From an uncultured delta proteobacterium (lineage in GTDB: Bacteria > Desulfobacterota > RBG-13-43-22): a stretch of DNA of 64,000 bases. The position numbers and the translations under genes are program-made. Positions 19,477 to 28,527 of the stretch are shown in pieces. The stretch is from assembly GCA_963802945.1 (NCBI GenBank), contig CAWDKY010000027.1, forward strand, positions 148,347-212,346. The letters run 5' to 3'. How positions within the stretch are numbered: position 1 is the first letter of the stretch; every line of letters begins with the position of its first letter. The notes beneath the pieces were generated by a model. That model ran no database searches. It worked only from the letters and a program-made list of their open reading frames with translations, and had not been told where the DNA came from.

Positions 19477-22020
19477 TTACTTAAACTTATACCCCTTTTC
19501 CCTGAAAAGCCTCAGGCAGGCATCGACCGCGGCCGGGTTGTATAATTTTCCTTTGTTTTTTGAAATCTCATCCAGGGCTACCTCAATCCCCTGGGCAGGC
19601 CGGTAAGGCCGATGAGAGGCAATGGCCTCGACCACATCGGCCACCATCAGGATCTGGGCCTCGATCAAGATTTGATCCCCTTTAAGTCCCGAAGGATACC
19701 CGGAACCATCCATCCGTTCGTGATGCTGGAGGGCGATCTCGGCAATAGGCCAGGGAAACTCTATATCCTTCAGGATATCATAACTGGTTTGCGAGTGCCC
19801 CTTGATCAGGCTGAATTCAACATCAGAAAGCTTGGTCGGTTTACTTAAGATTTCGGCCGGCAACGATATCTTGCCCAGATCATGGACTACGCCGGCCATG
19901 CGGATAGCCTCAATCTGGTCTTTAGAAAGGCCCATTTCCTGGGCGATAGTCCGCGCCAGGCTGGAGACCCGTTGTTGATGCCCGGCGGTGTAAGGGTCCT
20001 TGCTTTCCACGGTTAAGGCCATGGCCTGGATGATCCCCCCCATGGCCTTGTGCAGCTTGTCTAAACTATTTTTGAGTTCTTCTTCGGCTCTTTTCCGTTC
20101 CGTGATGTCGCTCAGGGCACCGATCCATTTAAAGGCCCTCCCATCTTCATTTCTCAGACACATACCGGCACTGATTATATGGATGAGATCCCCGTCTTTT
20201 CCAACCAACCGATATTCTTCCAGATGCGGGTCCCCTTGCTTTAAATGTCTTCTCACTGCCTGGGTGATACGTTCAAGGTCTTCAGGATGAATTTTTTTAA
20301 CAAAGGCGACGCTGGTATTGGGAAGGTCGCCTAACATATCATTAAGTCGTTCAACGGCTTTACCAAACCAATCGACTTGACCTGATTCGAGATTCCATTC
20401 ATAAATAAAATCGTTGGAACTTTCGGCGGCCACGCGAAAACGCTCTTCGCTGGTTTGTAAGGCCTTCTGGGTCTGTCTGAGTTCCGTAACATCTCGAGCG
20501 ATGCCCCGGAAACCAATAGGATCACCTGAAGGATCTCTGATCAACGATACGGAAGTCTCTAAGTTTTTCCTTTCTCCATTCTTAGTAATAATTTCATAAT
20601 AGATGCCCTTGGAAGATTCTCCGGTTCGATACACCTGATTAAAGGCCTGATAGATTATTCTGGCGTTCTGGGCATCGGTATATTGTCGACTATTCATGCC
20701 CTGCATTTCAACCCTGGAATATCCATTGATTCGCGACATGGCATCATTAAAATAGGTCAGGTTGCCGGGCAAGTCCACCTCATAATACCCGTCTTCAATA
20801 GTTTCAATAATGGTCCGGTATCGCTCCTCCGATTGCCGCACAATCTCTTCCAATCGCTTGCGCTCGGTGATGTCCATGAAAGTGGTTTGATTGAAACCCT
20901 CCCCCCCTAAAGATAAATGAGCGTTGGAAGCATGAAGGGTCCTGATCAGCCCACCTTTACTAATAATATCGTACTCAAATTCCGGCGGAGGTGTTTTCCC
21001 TTCAGTAATCATCTTTATCCGACCGGTGATTAATGCTTTCGAGGATGGCGCAACATGATCCAATAAGGGTATTTTTTTAAATTCCTCAAGATCATCGTAA
21101 TTGAATAATCCCAATAAAGCATTATTGGCAAATAGGACCTGATTTCCTTTGGAAATCCCTATCCCCATAATCGACTGTTCTACAATGTTACGATATCGCT
21201 CTTCGCTCTTGCGCAACGCCTCTTCCGCCCGCTTGCGTTCGGTGATGTCAAACATGGTAGACCTGATCATCAAGTAGTGCCCGGGTGAGTCATAGATGAC
21301 TGAGGCATTCAATAACACCGGGAACGTTGTACCGTCTTTGCGAATTATTTCTAGTTCTAATTCCCCTACAAATCCTTCGGTTTTAAGGCGTGAAAAATTT
21401 TCCCGGAAGGTTGGCAGGTTCTCTGAGGCGATCAAGTCGGAAAACTTTTTTTCCCCAATCAGCTCGTTCCGGGTATATCCCAACCATCTAAGTTCAGTAT
21501 GGTTGATTCGTTGGAATATGCCGTTTTCGTCTAATGAGTGATAGCCACAAGGGGCGTTGTTATATAGATCTTCAATCTCTTCCGCCGATTTACGCAGTTG
21601 GGCCGTTCTTTCCGCCACCTGGATTTCAAGCTTGGTCCGCAACCGACTCAGTTCGAGATGGGTCCTCACTCGCGCCAGAAGTTCTTCGCGCTGGTAGGGC
21701 TTGGAAATAAAATCAACTGCCCCGAGCCCGAATCCTTTCACATTTACATCGAGGTCTGTAAGACCGCTAATAATCATTACAGGGATATCGCGGCTATCTT
21801 CCTGCGCTTTAAGCCGTCGGCAGACTTCGAATCCATCTATGCCCGGCAAGCCGATATCCAGAAAAATCAGCCCGGGCGGCTCGGACGCCACGGAGCGAAG
21901 CGCCAGTTCTCCGCTACCGGCTAAGCGCACCTGGAAGCCCCCAGTCGACAAGATATTCGTAAGCAGCCTCACCGCCAGCGGATCGTCGTCGACAATAAGT
22001 ATTTCATCTTGCTCGGTCAT
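19477..22020 (-). CDS. HD-GYP phosphodiesterase, REC-PASx4-HD-GYP
   Basis: REC, four PAS/PAC, VHDLGK, HHERMDGSGYP. Confidence 0.93.
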   Translation of the reverse strand: MTEQDEILIVDDDPLAVRLLTNILSTGGFQVRLAGSGELALRSVASEPPGLIFLDIGLPGIDGFEVCRRLKAQEDSRDIPVMIISGLTDLDVNVKGFGLGAVDFISKPYQREELLARVRTHLELSRLRTKLEIQVAERTAQLRKSAEEIEDLYNNAPCGYHSLDENGIFQRINHTELRWLGYTRNELIGEKKFSDLIASENLPTFRENFSRLKTEGFVGELELEIIRKDGTTFPVLLNASVIYDSPGHYLMIRSTMFDITERKRAEEALRKSEERYRNIVEQSIMGIGISKGNQVLFANNALLGLFNYDDLEEFKKIPLLDHVAPSSKALITGRIKMITEGKTPPPEFEYDIISKGGLIRTLHASNAHLSLGGEGFNQTTFMDITERKRLEEIVRQSEERYRTIIETIEDGYYEVDLPGNLTYFNDAMSRINGYSRVEMQGMNSRQYTDAQNARIIYQAFNQVYRTGESSKGIYYEIITKNGERKNLETSVSLIRDPSGDPIGFRGIARDVTELRQTQKALQTSEERFRVAAESSNDFIYEWNLESGQVDWFGKAVERLNDMLGDLPNTSVAFVKKIHPEDLERITQAVRRHLKQGDPHLEEYRLVGKDGDLIHIISAGMCLRNEDGRAFKWIGALSDITERKRAEEELKNSLDKLHKAMGGIIQAMALTVESKDPYTAGHQQRVSSLARTIAQEMGLSKDQIEAIRMAGVVHDLGKISLPAEILSKPTKLSDVEFSLIKGHSQTSYDILKDIEFPWPIAEIALQHHERMDGSGYPSGLKGDQILIEAQILMVADVVEAIASHRPYRPAQGIEVALDEISKNKGKLYNPAAVDACLRLFREKGYKFK

Positions 22021-22069
22021 AAATCACATCCATATCCCAGTTCTGATAATGAAAATCTTTTTACGTTCT
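21217..22069. repeat. Direct repeat copy 2 of REC-PAS module
   Basis: Near-identical to 12490-13342. Confidence 0.95.
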
Positions 22070-22190
22070 GTCCAATTATTGGGGACTACCTCAGTATTTT
22101 TTGTTCCGAAGCGTTGATCTGATCATCCGGTTGATGAATTCCACCTTCCAGTACACCAGAGAAAAATAAAGGGTTTGAGGTTTGAATAAT

Positions 22191-22248
22191 AAAACCGTTT
22201 ACAGGCCTCTTGGCCCTCGCGAAAGGGAAAGACCTGTAAACGGTTTTT
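22191..22248 (-). terminator. Terminator hairpin downstream of pilin gene (possibly bidirectional)
   Basis: AAAACCGTTTACAGG...CCTGTAAACGGTTTT 15-bp inverted repeat. Confidence 0.75.
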
Positions 22249-22278
22249 CTTTAATGCCTTTAGAAATTAATTATTTTA

Positions 22279-22659
22279 TTACGGATTTTGACTTAATTGC
22301 CCAAGGTTATTCATGGTATACGTTTCAGTCCCAGAGGCATGTTTAGAGGTGCGGCCAAAACCTGTCTGTGTACCGTCACCCGTGACGGTGACCGTTACGT
22401 TCGCTGAGGGGTTATACCCGGTGGTTTGAAGTAACGCCAGGGTTACCACACCAGCCGGGTTGTCTCCAAAATAGGCTTGACTGGCCGTATAGGCATTTTT
22501 GAGGTCCGATAGGGCAGTGGCATTATAAGCTCTTACTCGATATTGTGAAAACTGTGGGATAGCAATGGCCGCCAAGATGCCGATGATGGCGATGACGATT
22601 AACAATTCAACCAGGGTAAAACCTTTTTGATTTCTCTTTTTGGTAATTTTTTTCATCAC
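22279..22659 (-). CDS. pilA: Type IV major pilin
   Basis: Class III signal KG/FTLVELLIVIAIIGILAAIAIPQF with E5; stand-alone gene with own sigma54 promoter and terminator. Confidence 0.92.
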   Translation of the reverse strand: MMKKITKKRNQKGFTLVELLIVIAIIGILAAIAIPQFSQYRVRAYNATALSDLKNAYTASQAYFGDNPAGVVTLALLQTTGYNPSANVTVTVTGDGTQTGFGRTSKHASGTETYTMNNLGQLSQNP

Positions 22660-22815
22660 GATCTTTTCTCCTTATTTTATTTTTTTATCTAATATAAAAT
22701 AATAACCTTTTTAACTATAATCCCTCTCACCATTGAGTCTTCGGATTACCACCTCCTTGTATGATTTTTCAGAATAGCCTGTTTTCATTTTTATCATCTC
22801 GTCGCTTTTTAATTA

Positions 22816-22831
22816 TGCAAGATGGATACCA
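22816..22831 (-). promoter_or_regulatory. Sigma54 (-24/-12) promoter of pilA
   Basis: Minus strand TGGTATCCATCTTGCA = GG-N10-GC; pilA is sigma54/PilR-controlled in Pseudomonas and Geobacter. Confidence 0.75.
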
Positions 22832-23031
22832 AAATTGATTATAATTATTAGAATAATATAATTAATAATATCAAGTAATTAAAGAAATGAAAAAAGGAAG
22901 GATTAAACTAGACAAGTTTAATTGACAAAAATTGTTTGGAAAGGACAAAAAGGTGTTAAAAACATGAAGACCATAGAGCCGAGGTTTTGCCAAGACACAC
23001 AGACTCAAAGGACGCACTAAGGGCAATGTTA

Positions 23032-23428
23032 TTATCGCCCTTGGTCGAGTCGGCTCTTCTGTTTAATGTTCTTGAGAATTCTTCTGACAAAATTTTCAAT
23101 CGCTTGTTCCTGTTTTTCTTTTAAATTAAGAAATTTTATGCCCAGTTGATAATTATAATCGTCTGTGGCTATATCATAAGGAGTTACTCGAACTATTTGA
23201 CCTTTTAATCTAATATTATCCGGCGAATTTTTTAACTTGAATGAAATGCTAACCGCCTCATTGACTTGCACTGGGTCAGGAGAGTAGCATACATGAGAAC
23301 CCCCCTTTTACTCAGATTTGTCACGTAGCCTTTCTCCGATTTTTTTTGCATAGTATAATAGTATAACGGACAATAATCTGCAGTGGCCCCCTTTCGAATA
23401 TTCTTTTTTCATCGCCCTTCTGCTTCAT
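23032..23428 (-). CDS. PilZ-domain protein (appears frameshifted)
   Basis: Across frames: EKRIFER (RxxxR), VTNLSKRG (NxSxxG), LKGQIVRV..LGIKFLNL; one shift lies at an A8 run. Confidence 0.7.
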
Positions 23429-23592
23429 TACTTAGCCCTTAAAAATTATTATACTGATTTCACTTGCTAGTTATGGGGTATTTGATAAAAACTTGCTTTT
23501 TACTAAGAGTATAAGGAAATAAAAAAACAGGATCAAGAAGAAAAATAGGGACAAAGGCAAGGAGACCATGCAGGGCTGGACTTTAAAAATTG

Positions 23593-23700
23593 ATTACCGT
23601 TTGAAATGTATTATAAAGAACCAAAATTGAAAATCAACATTTCACAAGTCACCATCAAACTTGACAATACCTGTAAAGTCAAATCCTGATTTTCACAAAT
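23593..23700. repeat. Dispersed ~110-bp intergenic repeat, copy 2 (inverted relative to 979-1090)
   Basis: ATTACCGTTTGAAAT...CAAATCCTGATTTTCACAAAT. Confidence 0.75.
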
Positions 23701-23707
23701 AAGGGCG

Positions 23708-25555
23708 TTAATAACGAACCATCTCCGGCTTCAAAAGAGGATTGAGTTGTCGATAGGCCTTGCGATAGGCCCGGCGGATTTTGTTCGTATTGGAGGAAAA
23801 TAACAACCCAAAGCGAACACAGGACCGGTAAAGGGATTCTCCTTTGAGATCAATGGACAGTTTGATGGGGATAAGACCTTCCGGAAGTTTTTCTTTGATA
23901 CCGGCAATAAGCTGTTCCCAGGCCGGAGAAAGACGTTTCTCCGCCTCATGAAAATAATCAAGAAAAGGCACCACCACCAAATCCACTTTCTTTTTCAAGG
24001 GCTGAAAAAACTCCGAATGGTTATTGCCCTGGATGACCTCAACTCCCAGGCGGTTCAAAAAGCCGGCGATAAACTTCTGATAGGCCTCGGTGGCGTTCCC
24101 TGGAAAAAGGGCCACCCTTCGAACACCCTGGAATTTCCAAACCGGGCCGAATTGTTTCTGGACCTGATCCAGAAAGTTTTCCGACAGCCAACGGCGATGG
24201 TCGTCCATGCGATCCTTGGCCCTTTTAAGAAGCCTTCTCCCATAATATCGGATGTAACTGTAATAAACATCCAGTTTGACCAACCGTTTTAGAATCGCCT
24301 TCCAGGAATAAAAAGCAATAAGGGCCTGATAAGCGGCCTTCTGCAATTCTTCTCCGGTCATCAGACGGGGCTGAAAAACCACATGAGAACCGTCATAGAG
24401 TTCCCAGTTTCGGGTCAGAAGGCGGTTTTCCTGCTCTAGAGACTTAAAAGTTTCCGTACCGGGAAGAGGGGTAAGCATCATAAATTGAGCGGAGTCCACC
24501 CGGTTTTTAATGGAGAAGCGGATCGTCTCCCGAATGGTTTCCGGGGTGTCCTCGTCAGCGCCGACCATAAACATCCCGTGGATATGAATCCCGTGACGAT
24601 GGAAGGCCTTGATAGCCCGGCGCATGGCGGCCTCGTCCTGCTTTTTTCGATAGGCCTTCAGAACCTGATCACTGGCACTTTCAAAACCGATATAAACTCC
24701 CCAGCAATTAGTCTCTCGGAGAAGCTCCAAAAACTCCGAATCAAAAGCCGATTCAGCTCTAACCTGGGTACTCCAATTCTGGTGAAAGCCTTCTTCTTTC
24801 ATTCGTCTGAGGAGATTCTTGGTCCTGGTGGGATTGGCGGCAAAATTGTCATCACAGAAAAAAAGATGCCTGGCCTGGCCGGCATTGACCTTGATTTCTT
24901 CCATGATCAGATCATTGGAGCGGAATCGATATCCCCGGCCGAACATGGAAACCACCGAGCAAAATTTACAGGCATAAGGGCAACCTCTGGAGGTGGCCAC
25001 CGAGACCATCCCTTGAAGGGGATTCCAGCCTTTGATCAAAGAAAAATCCGGAATCGGGAGTGTATTCAGGTCCTGAATTAACGGACGGTCGGAATTATGC
25101 TTTGGCTGGCCGTCTTCCCAGTAAGACAGACCTCTTATCCCTTCCACGGGACTCTGACCCCGCAGTGCAGTTAGGAGTTCAATCAGGGTTTCCTCCCCTT
25201 CCCCTCGAACTACAAATTCACCATGAGGCAGGGCTTCATCCGGTAAAAAAGTGACATGAGGGCCCCCAAAGACAACCGTTTTTCCCAGATTTCTTGCCTC
25301 ATCCCCCAGGAGAAAGGCCCGTGGTATGGTACTGGTGATCGAGGAAATACCAACCATATCAGCCCAGCGCAAGTCTTCCCCGGTAACCGGTCCCGAGGTC
25401 TCTTCGATCAAGACCCGGGCCTCATAACCCTGATTGCGAAGGATAGTTCCCAGAAGGATAGTGCCAAGACGGGGTATCCTTGCCCGGCTGAACACATGTT
25501 CTACCGGAGAACGGGGTTCTATTAAAATGATGCGCTGAGGAACTTTTGATTTCAT
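23708..25555 (-). CDS. B12-binding-domain radical SAM protein with C-terminal extension
   Basis: B12-binding region (VVFGGPHVT..VVRGEGE), SRGCPYACKFC, DDNF, IGFES. Confidence 0.9.
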   Translation of the reverse strand: MKSKVPQRIILIEPRSPVEHVFSRARIPRLGTILLGTILRNQGYEARVLIEETSGPVTGEDLRWADMVGISSITSTIPRAFLLGDEARNLGKTVVFGGPHVTFLPDEALPHGEFVVRGEGEETLIELLTALRGQSPVEGIRGLSYWEDGQPKHNSDRPLIQDLNTLPIPDFSLIKGWNPLQGMVSVATSRGCPYACKFCSVVSMFGRGYRFRSNDLIMEEIKVNAGQARHLFFCDDNFAANPTRTKNLLRRMKEEGFHQNWSTQVRAESAFDSEFLELLRETNCWGVYIGFESASDQVLKAYRKKQDEAAMRRAIKAFHRHGIHIHGMFMVGADEDTPETIRETIRFSIKNRVDSAQFMMLTPLPGTETFKSLEQENRLLTRNWELYDGSHVVFQPRLMTGEELQKAAYQALIAFYSWKAILKRLVKLDVYYSYIRYYGRRLLKRAKDRMDDHRRWLSENFLDQVQKQFGPVWKFQGVRRVALFPGNATEAYQKFIAGFLNRLGVEVIQGNNHSEFFQPLKKKVDLVVVPFLDYFHEAEKRLSPAWEQLIAGIKEKLPEGLIPIKLSIDLKGESLYRSCVRFGLLFSSNTNKIRRAYRKAYRQLNPLLKPEMVRY

Positions 25556-25667
25556 AAGGCTCTTTCTGTAGGATTTAATGAAACGTTTATTGCATAATAC
25601 CCGCCACCCTGGATAAAGTAAAGGGAAAAAGGATTCGGGAGAGGCGGAAGGCTATGGAAGCTCGGAG

Positions 25668-26778
25668 GGCAGATTCTACTTGCAAGTGCGCCACATTAGA
25701 TAACCGCAGGACATGATGGGATTTTCTGGTAGTGTGTGAAGCACGACCAACACGCACCCCAGAAAGGGACCCATCATGCCCTATACCCATCTTACAGAAA
25801 AAGATCGATATGTCATCAGCCATTTGAAGGTGGCCGGTTTTTCGCTACGGGAGATTGGACGTCGTCTCGGGCGAGACCATGCCACCATTAGTCGGGAGAT
25901 CAAACGTAACGGCCCAACCTATCCTGAAGGAATATACTGGTACGATTTCACACAACCCCGGGCCATTGAGCGGCGTCATAAAGCCCGGCATTATCGCCGG
26001 CATGATCACCGTACGCTGGTTGAATATGTTGAAGCTAAAATCCGTATCGAATGGCCTCCGGAAGTTATTGCTGCTCACCTAAAGCTTGATCACCCAAACG
26101 ATAAAACCATGCGTATCTGCCAGGAAACTATTTATCGGTGGATATTTCAAGATGCTCAACAAGGTGGCGATCTCTACTGCTATCAGAGACGCCGTCACAA
26201 AAAACGCCGCAAACAAAGACGCTATGGCTCGGGAAGACGTTTTATCCCTGGGCGTGTTTCCATTGATCAACGTCCATCCCTGGTTGATTTACGCCAACGG
26301 TTTGGGGACTGGGAAGGGGACACGCTGGAAGGTGGAAAAGGAAAAGGGGGCCTGGCCACTCATGTCGAGCGTAAAGGCCGTTATCTATTGGCAGCCAAGC
26401 TCTCGGACAAGACCTCCAACACCATGACTCAGCAAAGCATTAAATCCTTTCGGAAAGCTCCCCGGACCCTACGCCATACCCTCACCGTTGATAATGGTAA
26501 AGAATTTTCTAATTTCAAAGAGCTCGAAAATAAAACCGGGTTAAAAGTCTATTTCGCAGACCCCTATGCAGCTTGGCAGCGGGGAATCAATGAAAATACA
26601 AATGGTCTGTTAAGACAATATTTCCCAAAAGGAACTGATTTCCAAAAGATATCGGAAAAAGAGATTGCTTTTGTCGTTAAAAAACTAAATAATCGCCCCA
26701 GAAAATGTCTCCACTACCAGACCCCTCATGCGGTCTTCTGTCAGGCTCTTAGTGGTGCACTTTGAAGTAGAATCTGCC
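25668..26778 (+). mobile_element. IS30-family insertion sequence (1111 bp)
   Basis: 27-bp TIRs GGCAGATTCTACTTGCAAGTGCGCCAC / GTGGTGCACTTTGAAGTAGAATCTGCC (3 mismatches); 3-bp direct repeat GAG at 25665-25667 and 26779-26781. Confidence 0.95.
25776..26765 (+). CDS. IS30 family DDE transposase
   Basis: HTH ([23 protein letters not shown]), [44 protein letters not shown]. Confidence 0.96.
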   Translation: MPYTHLTEKDRYVISHLKVAGFSLREIGRRLGRDHATISREIKRNGPTYPEGIYWYDFTQPRAIERRHKARHYRRHDHRTLVEYVEAKIRIEWPPEVIAAHLKLDHPNDKTMRICQETIYRWIFQDAQQGGDLYCYQRRRHKKRRKQRRYGSGRRFIPGRVSIDQRPSLVDLRQRFGDWEGDTLEGGKGKGGLATHVERKGRYLLAAKLSDKTSNTMTQQSIKSFRKAPRTLRHTLTVDNGKEFSNFKELENKTGLKVYFADPYAAWQRGINENTNGLLRQYFPKGTDFQKISEKEIAFVVKKLNNRPRKCLHYQTPHAVFCQALSGAL

Positions 26779-26884
26779 GAGTAATTAGTTCGGAGTTCAG
26801 AGTAAAGTCTTGCCATCTCACCTCTCCGAACTCCGGTCTCTAAGCTTGGCTTACAGGACCATAGAATCCTTGAATCTTCGACCC

Positions 26885-28252
26885 CTATTTAGTCCCAATT
26901 TTTCTCTTGAGCAAATTGGCCGCAATCAGCAATGGATCCCATACCGGGCTGAAAGGAGGGGCATAGGCCAGGTCCAAACTGGAAATGTCTTCCAGGGTCA
27001 TTCTCTGATGCAGGGCAACGGCCAGGACATTGATCTTGCGGGCCTCTCCATCCCAGCCGATCCAATTGCCTCCAAGGAGTCGGCCTGTGGATTGATCGGC
27101 CACGATCTTCAATAAAGTGGGCTTTGACCCGGGATAGGATCCCACCCTGGAAGAGGCTTCCACGACCTGCGAAACCGCCGGAAACCCGTTCCGTTTGGCC
27201 TGGGCTTCGCTGATTCCGGCCGTACCGATTTCCAGGTCAAACACCTTCACACAGCCTGCACCTACGATCCCATGAAATTCCGCTTGTCCTCCAACGGCAT
27301 TTTCACCGGCTACCCGACCCTCTTTATTGGCCACATCTCCTAAAGGGGCCAATGTAGTCTGGCCGGTCACCCTCTGAAGCTTCTCACAACAGTCACCGGC
27401 CGCCCAGATATTAGGATCGCTGGTCTGCATCAAAGAGTTGACCTGAATCCCTCCGGATTTTCCAACGGCGATCCCTGCCTCTCGGGCAATCTCAACATTG
27501 GGTACAATCCCGGCCCCAACAAAAAAAAGGTCAGCCGAAAAATCACCTTGATCGGTTATAAGTCTTGAGGCTTTCCCTGCTTCTGTTTCAAAAAAACGGG
27601 GTTGGACTTCACCTATATAGCGTACACCATGAGCTTCCAATTCTTTGACGATAATCGGCCCCAACTCCGGTTCCAACCCGCTGTAAGGAAATTTACCCCG
27701 ATATAGGAGGGTAGTTTCAATCCCTCGCTCCCGTAAGGCTTCAGCCACTTCCAAGGAGATATTACCGGCTCCGACAATCACTACTTTTCGAGGGTTACGT
27801 TGATCAATGAAACTTCGAATACCAATACCGTCTGACATTCCTTTTAAACTGAAAATATTTTGGGCCTCTTCCCCGGGGATATCCAGTTTTCGGGAACGGG
27901 CTCCGGTGGCCAAAACCAGACGATCATAAGGGAGATAAAATTCTTTCCCCTTATGCAAATCCAAAACCCGCACCTGTTTTTCCTGGGGGTCAATAGCCAG
28001 GACCTGATGTCTAAGCCGGATGTCTATCTGCTGTTTTTCCTTAAATTCCTCGGGTGTCCTGACAATCAACTCGTTATAATCCTTGATTACATCACCGATG
28101 TAATAAGGAAGCGATCAGGCACTATAAGAAATAAAATTTCCCTTCTCTAAGAGGATGATCTCGGCCTTGGGATCTTTTCTTTGAGCTGTGCTGGCCGCCG
28201 TCGGTCCGGCCGCTGCTCCACCGACGATGACCAAATTGAGGTTATTTTTCAT
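26885..28252 (-). CDS. FAD-dependent CoA-disulfide reductase/NADH oxidase family protein; candidate selenoprotein (Sec46)
   Basis: VIVGGAAAG FAD motif, ISYSA-TGA-SLPYYIG in frame with the downstream 394-aa ORF (LVLATGA, VIVGAG, WAAGDC, LDLAYAPPFSPVWDP); TGA at 28117-28115 sits at the redox Cys of SYxxCxLPY. Confidence 0.88.
28081..28108 (-). promoter_or_regulatory. Putative bacterial SECIS hairpin
   Basis: mRNA after UGA: CCUU-AUUACAUC-GGU-GAUGUAAU-C-AAGG; G-containing apical loop ~18 nt downstream of UGA. Confidence 0.65.
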
Positions 28253-28303
28253 CTTAATGCGCCCCCTTTTCTTTATGATAGTCATATTAAAAATTAAAAT
28301 TGA

Positions 28304-28526
28304 GATGACTTTGTAAAAACCTCTCCCGCCAAAGGGGGGACTAGGCGCGTAAACCGGGACCCACCCTGAAAGGGCGGGACAGAGCGTTTCCATTTTCGCG
28401 AAAAAATCCTGAAGGATGAGGCGTACATAGAAGTACGCCACAATAAGCCAGCCCCGGCGAAGGCCAGGGTAGGTTGCAGTGCAATCCCGCGAAACGCTTG
28501 ACTGATGGTCTTTTTACGAAGCCATC
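28304..28526. mobile_element. MITE-like element
   Basis: Terminal inverted repeats GATGACTTTGTAAAAA / TTTTTACGAAGCCATC (2 mismatches); ~220 bp with internal hairpins. Confidence 0.6.
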
Positions 28527-28527
28527 T

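Noticed and set aside
13300-23030. c-di-GMP-I (GEMM) riboswitch in the c-di-GMP/pilin intergenic regions
   Set aside because: No GGCAAAC..GAAA..GACGCAAAG pattern found on either strand by eye.
28253-28441. Upstream extension of the 108-aa ORF 28115..28441
   Set aside because: Runs through a MITE-like element; the real start is ATG 28252 of the Sec-containing oxidoreductase.
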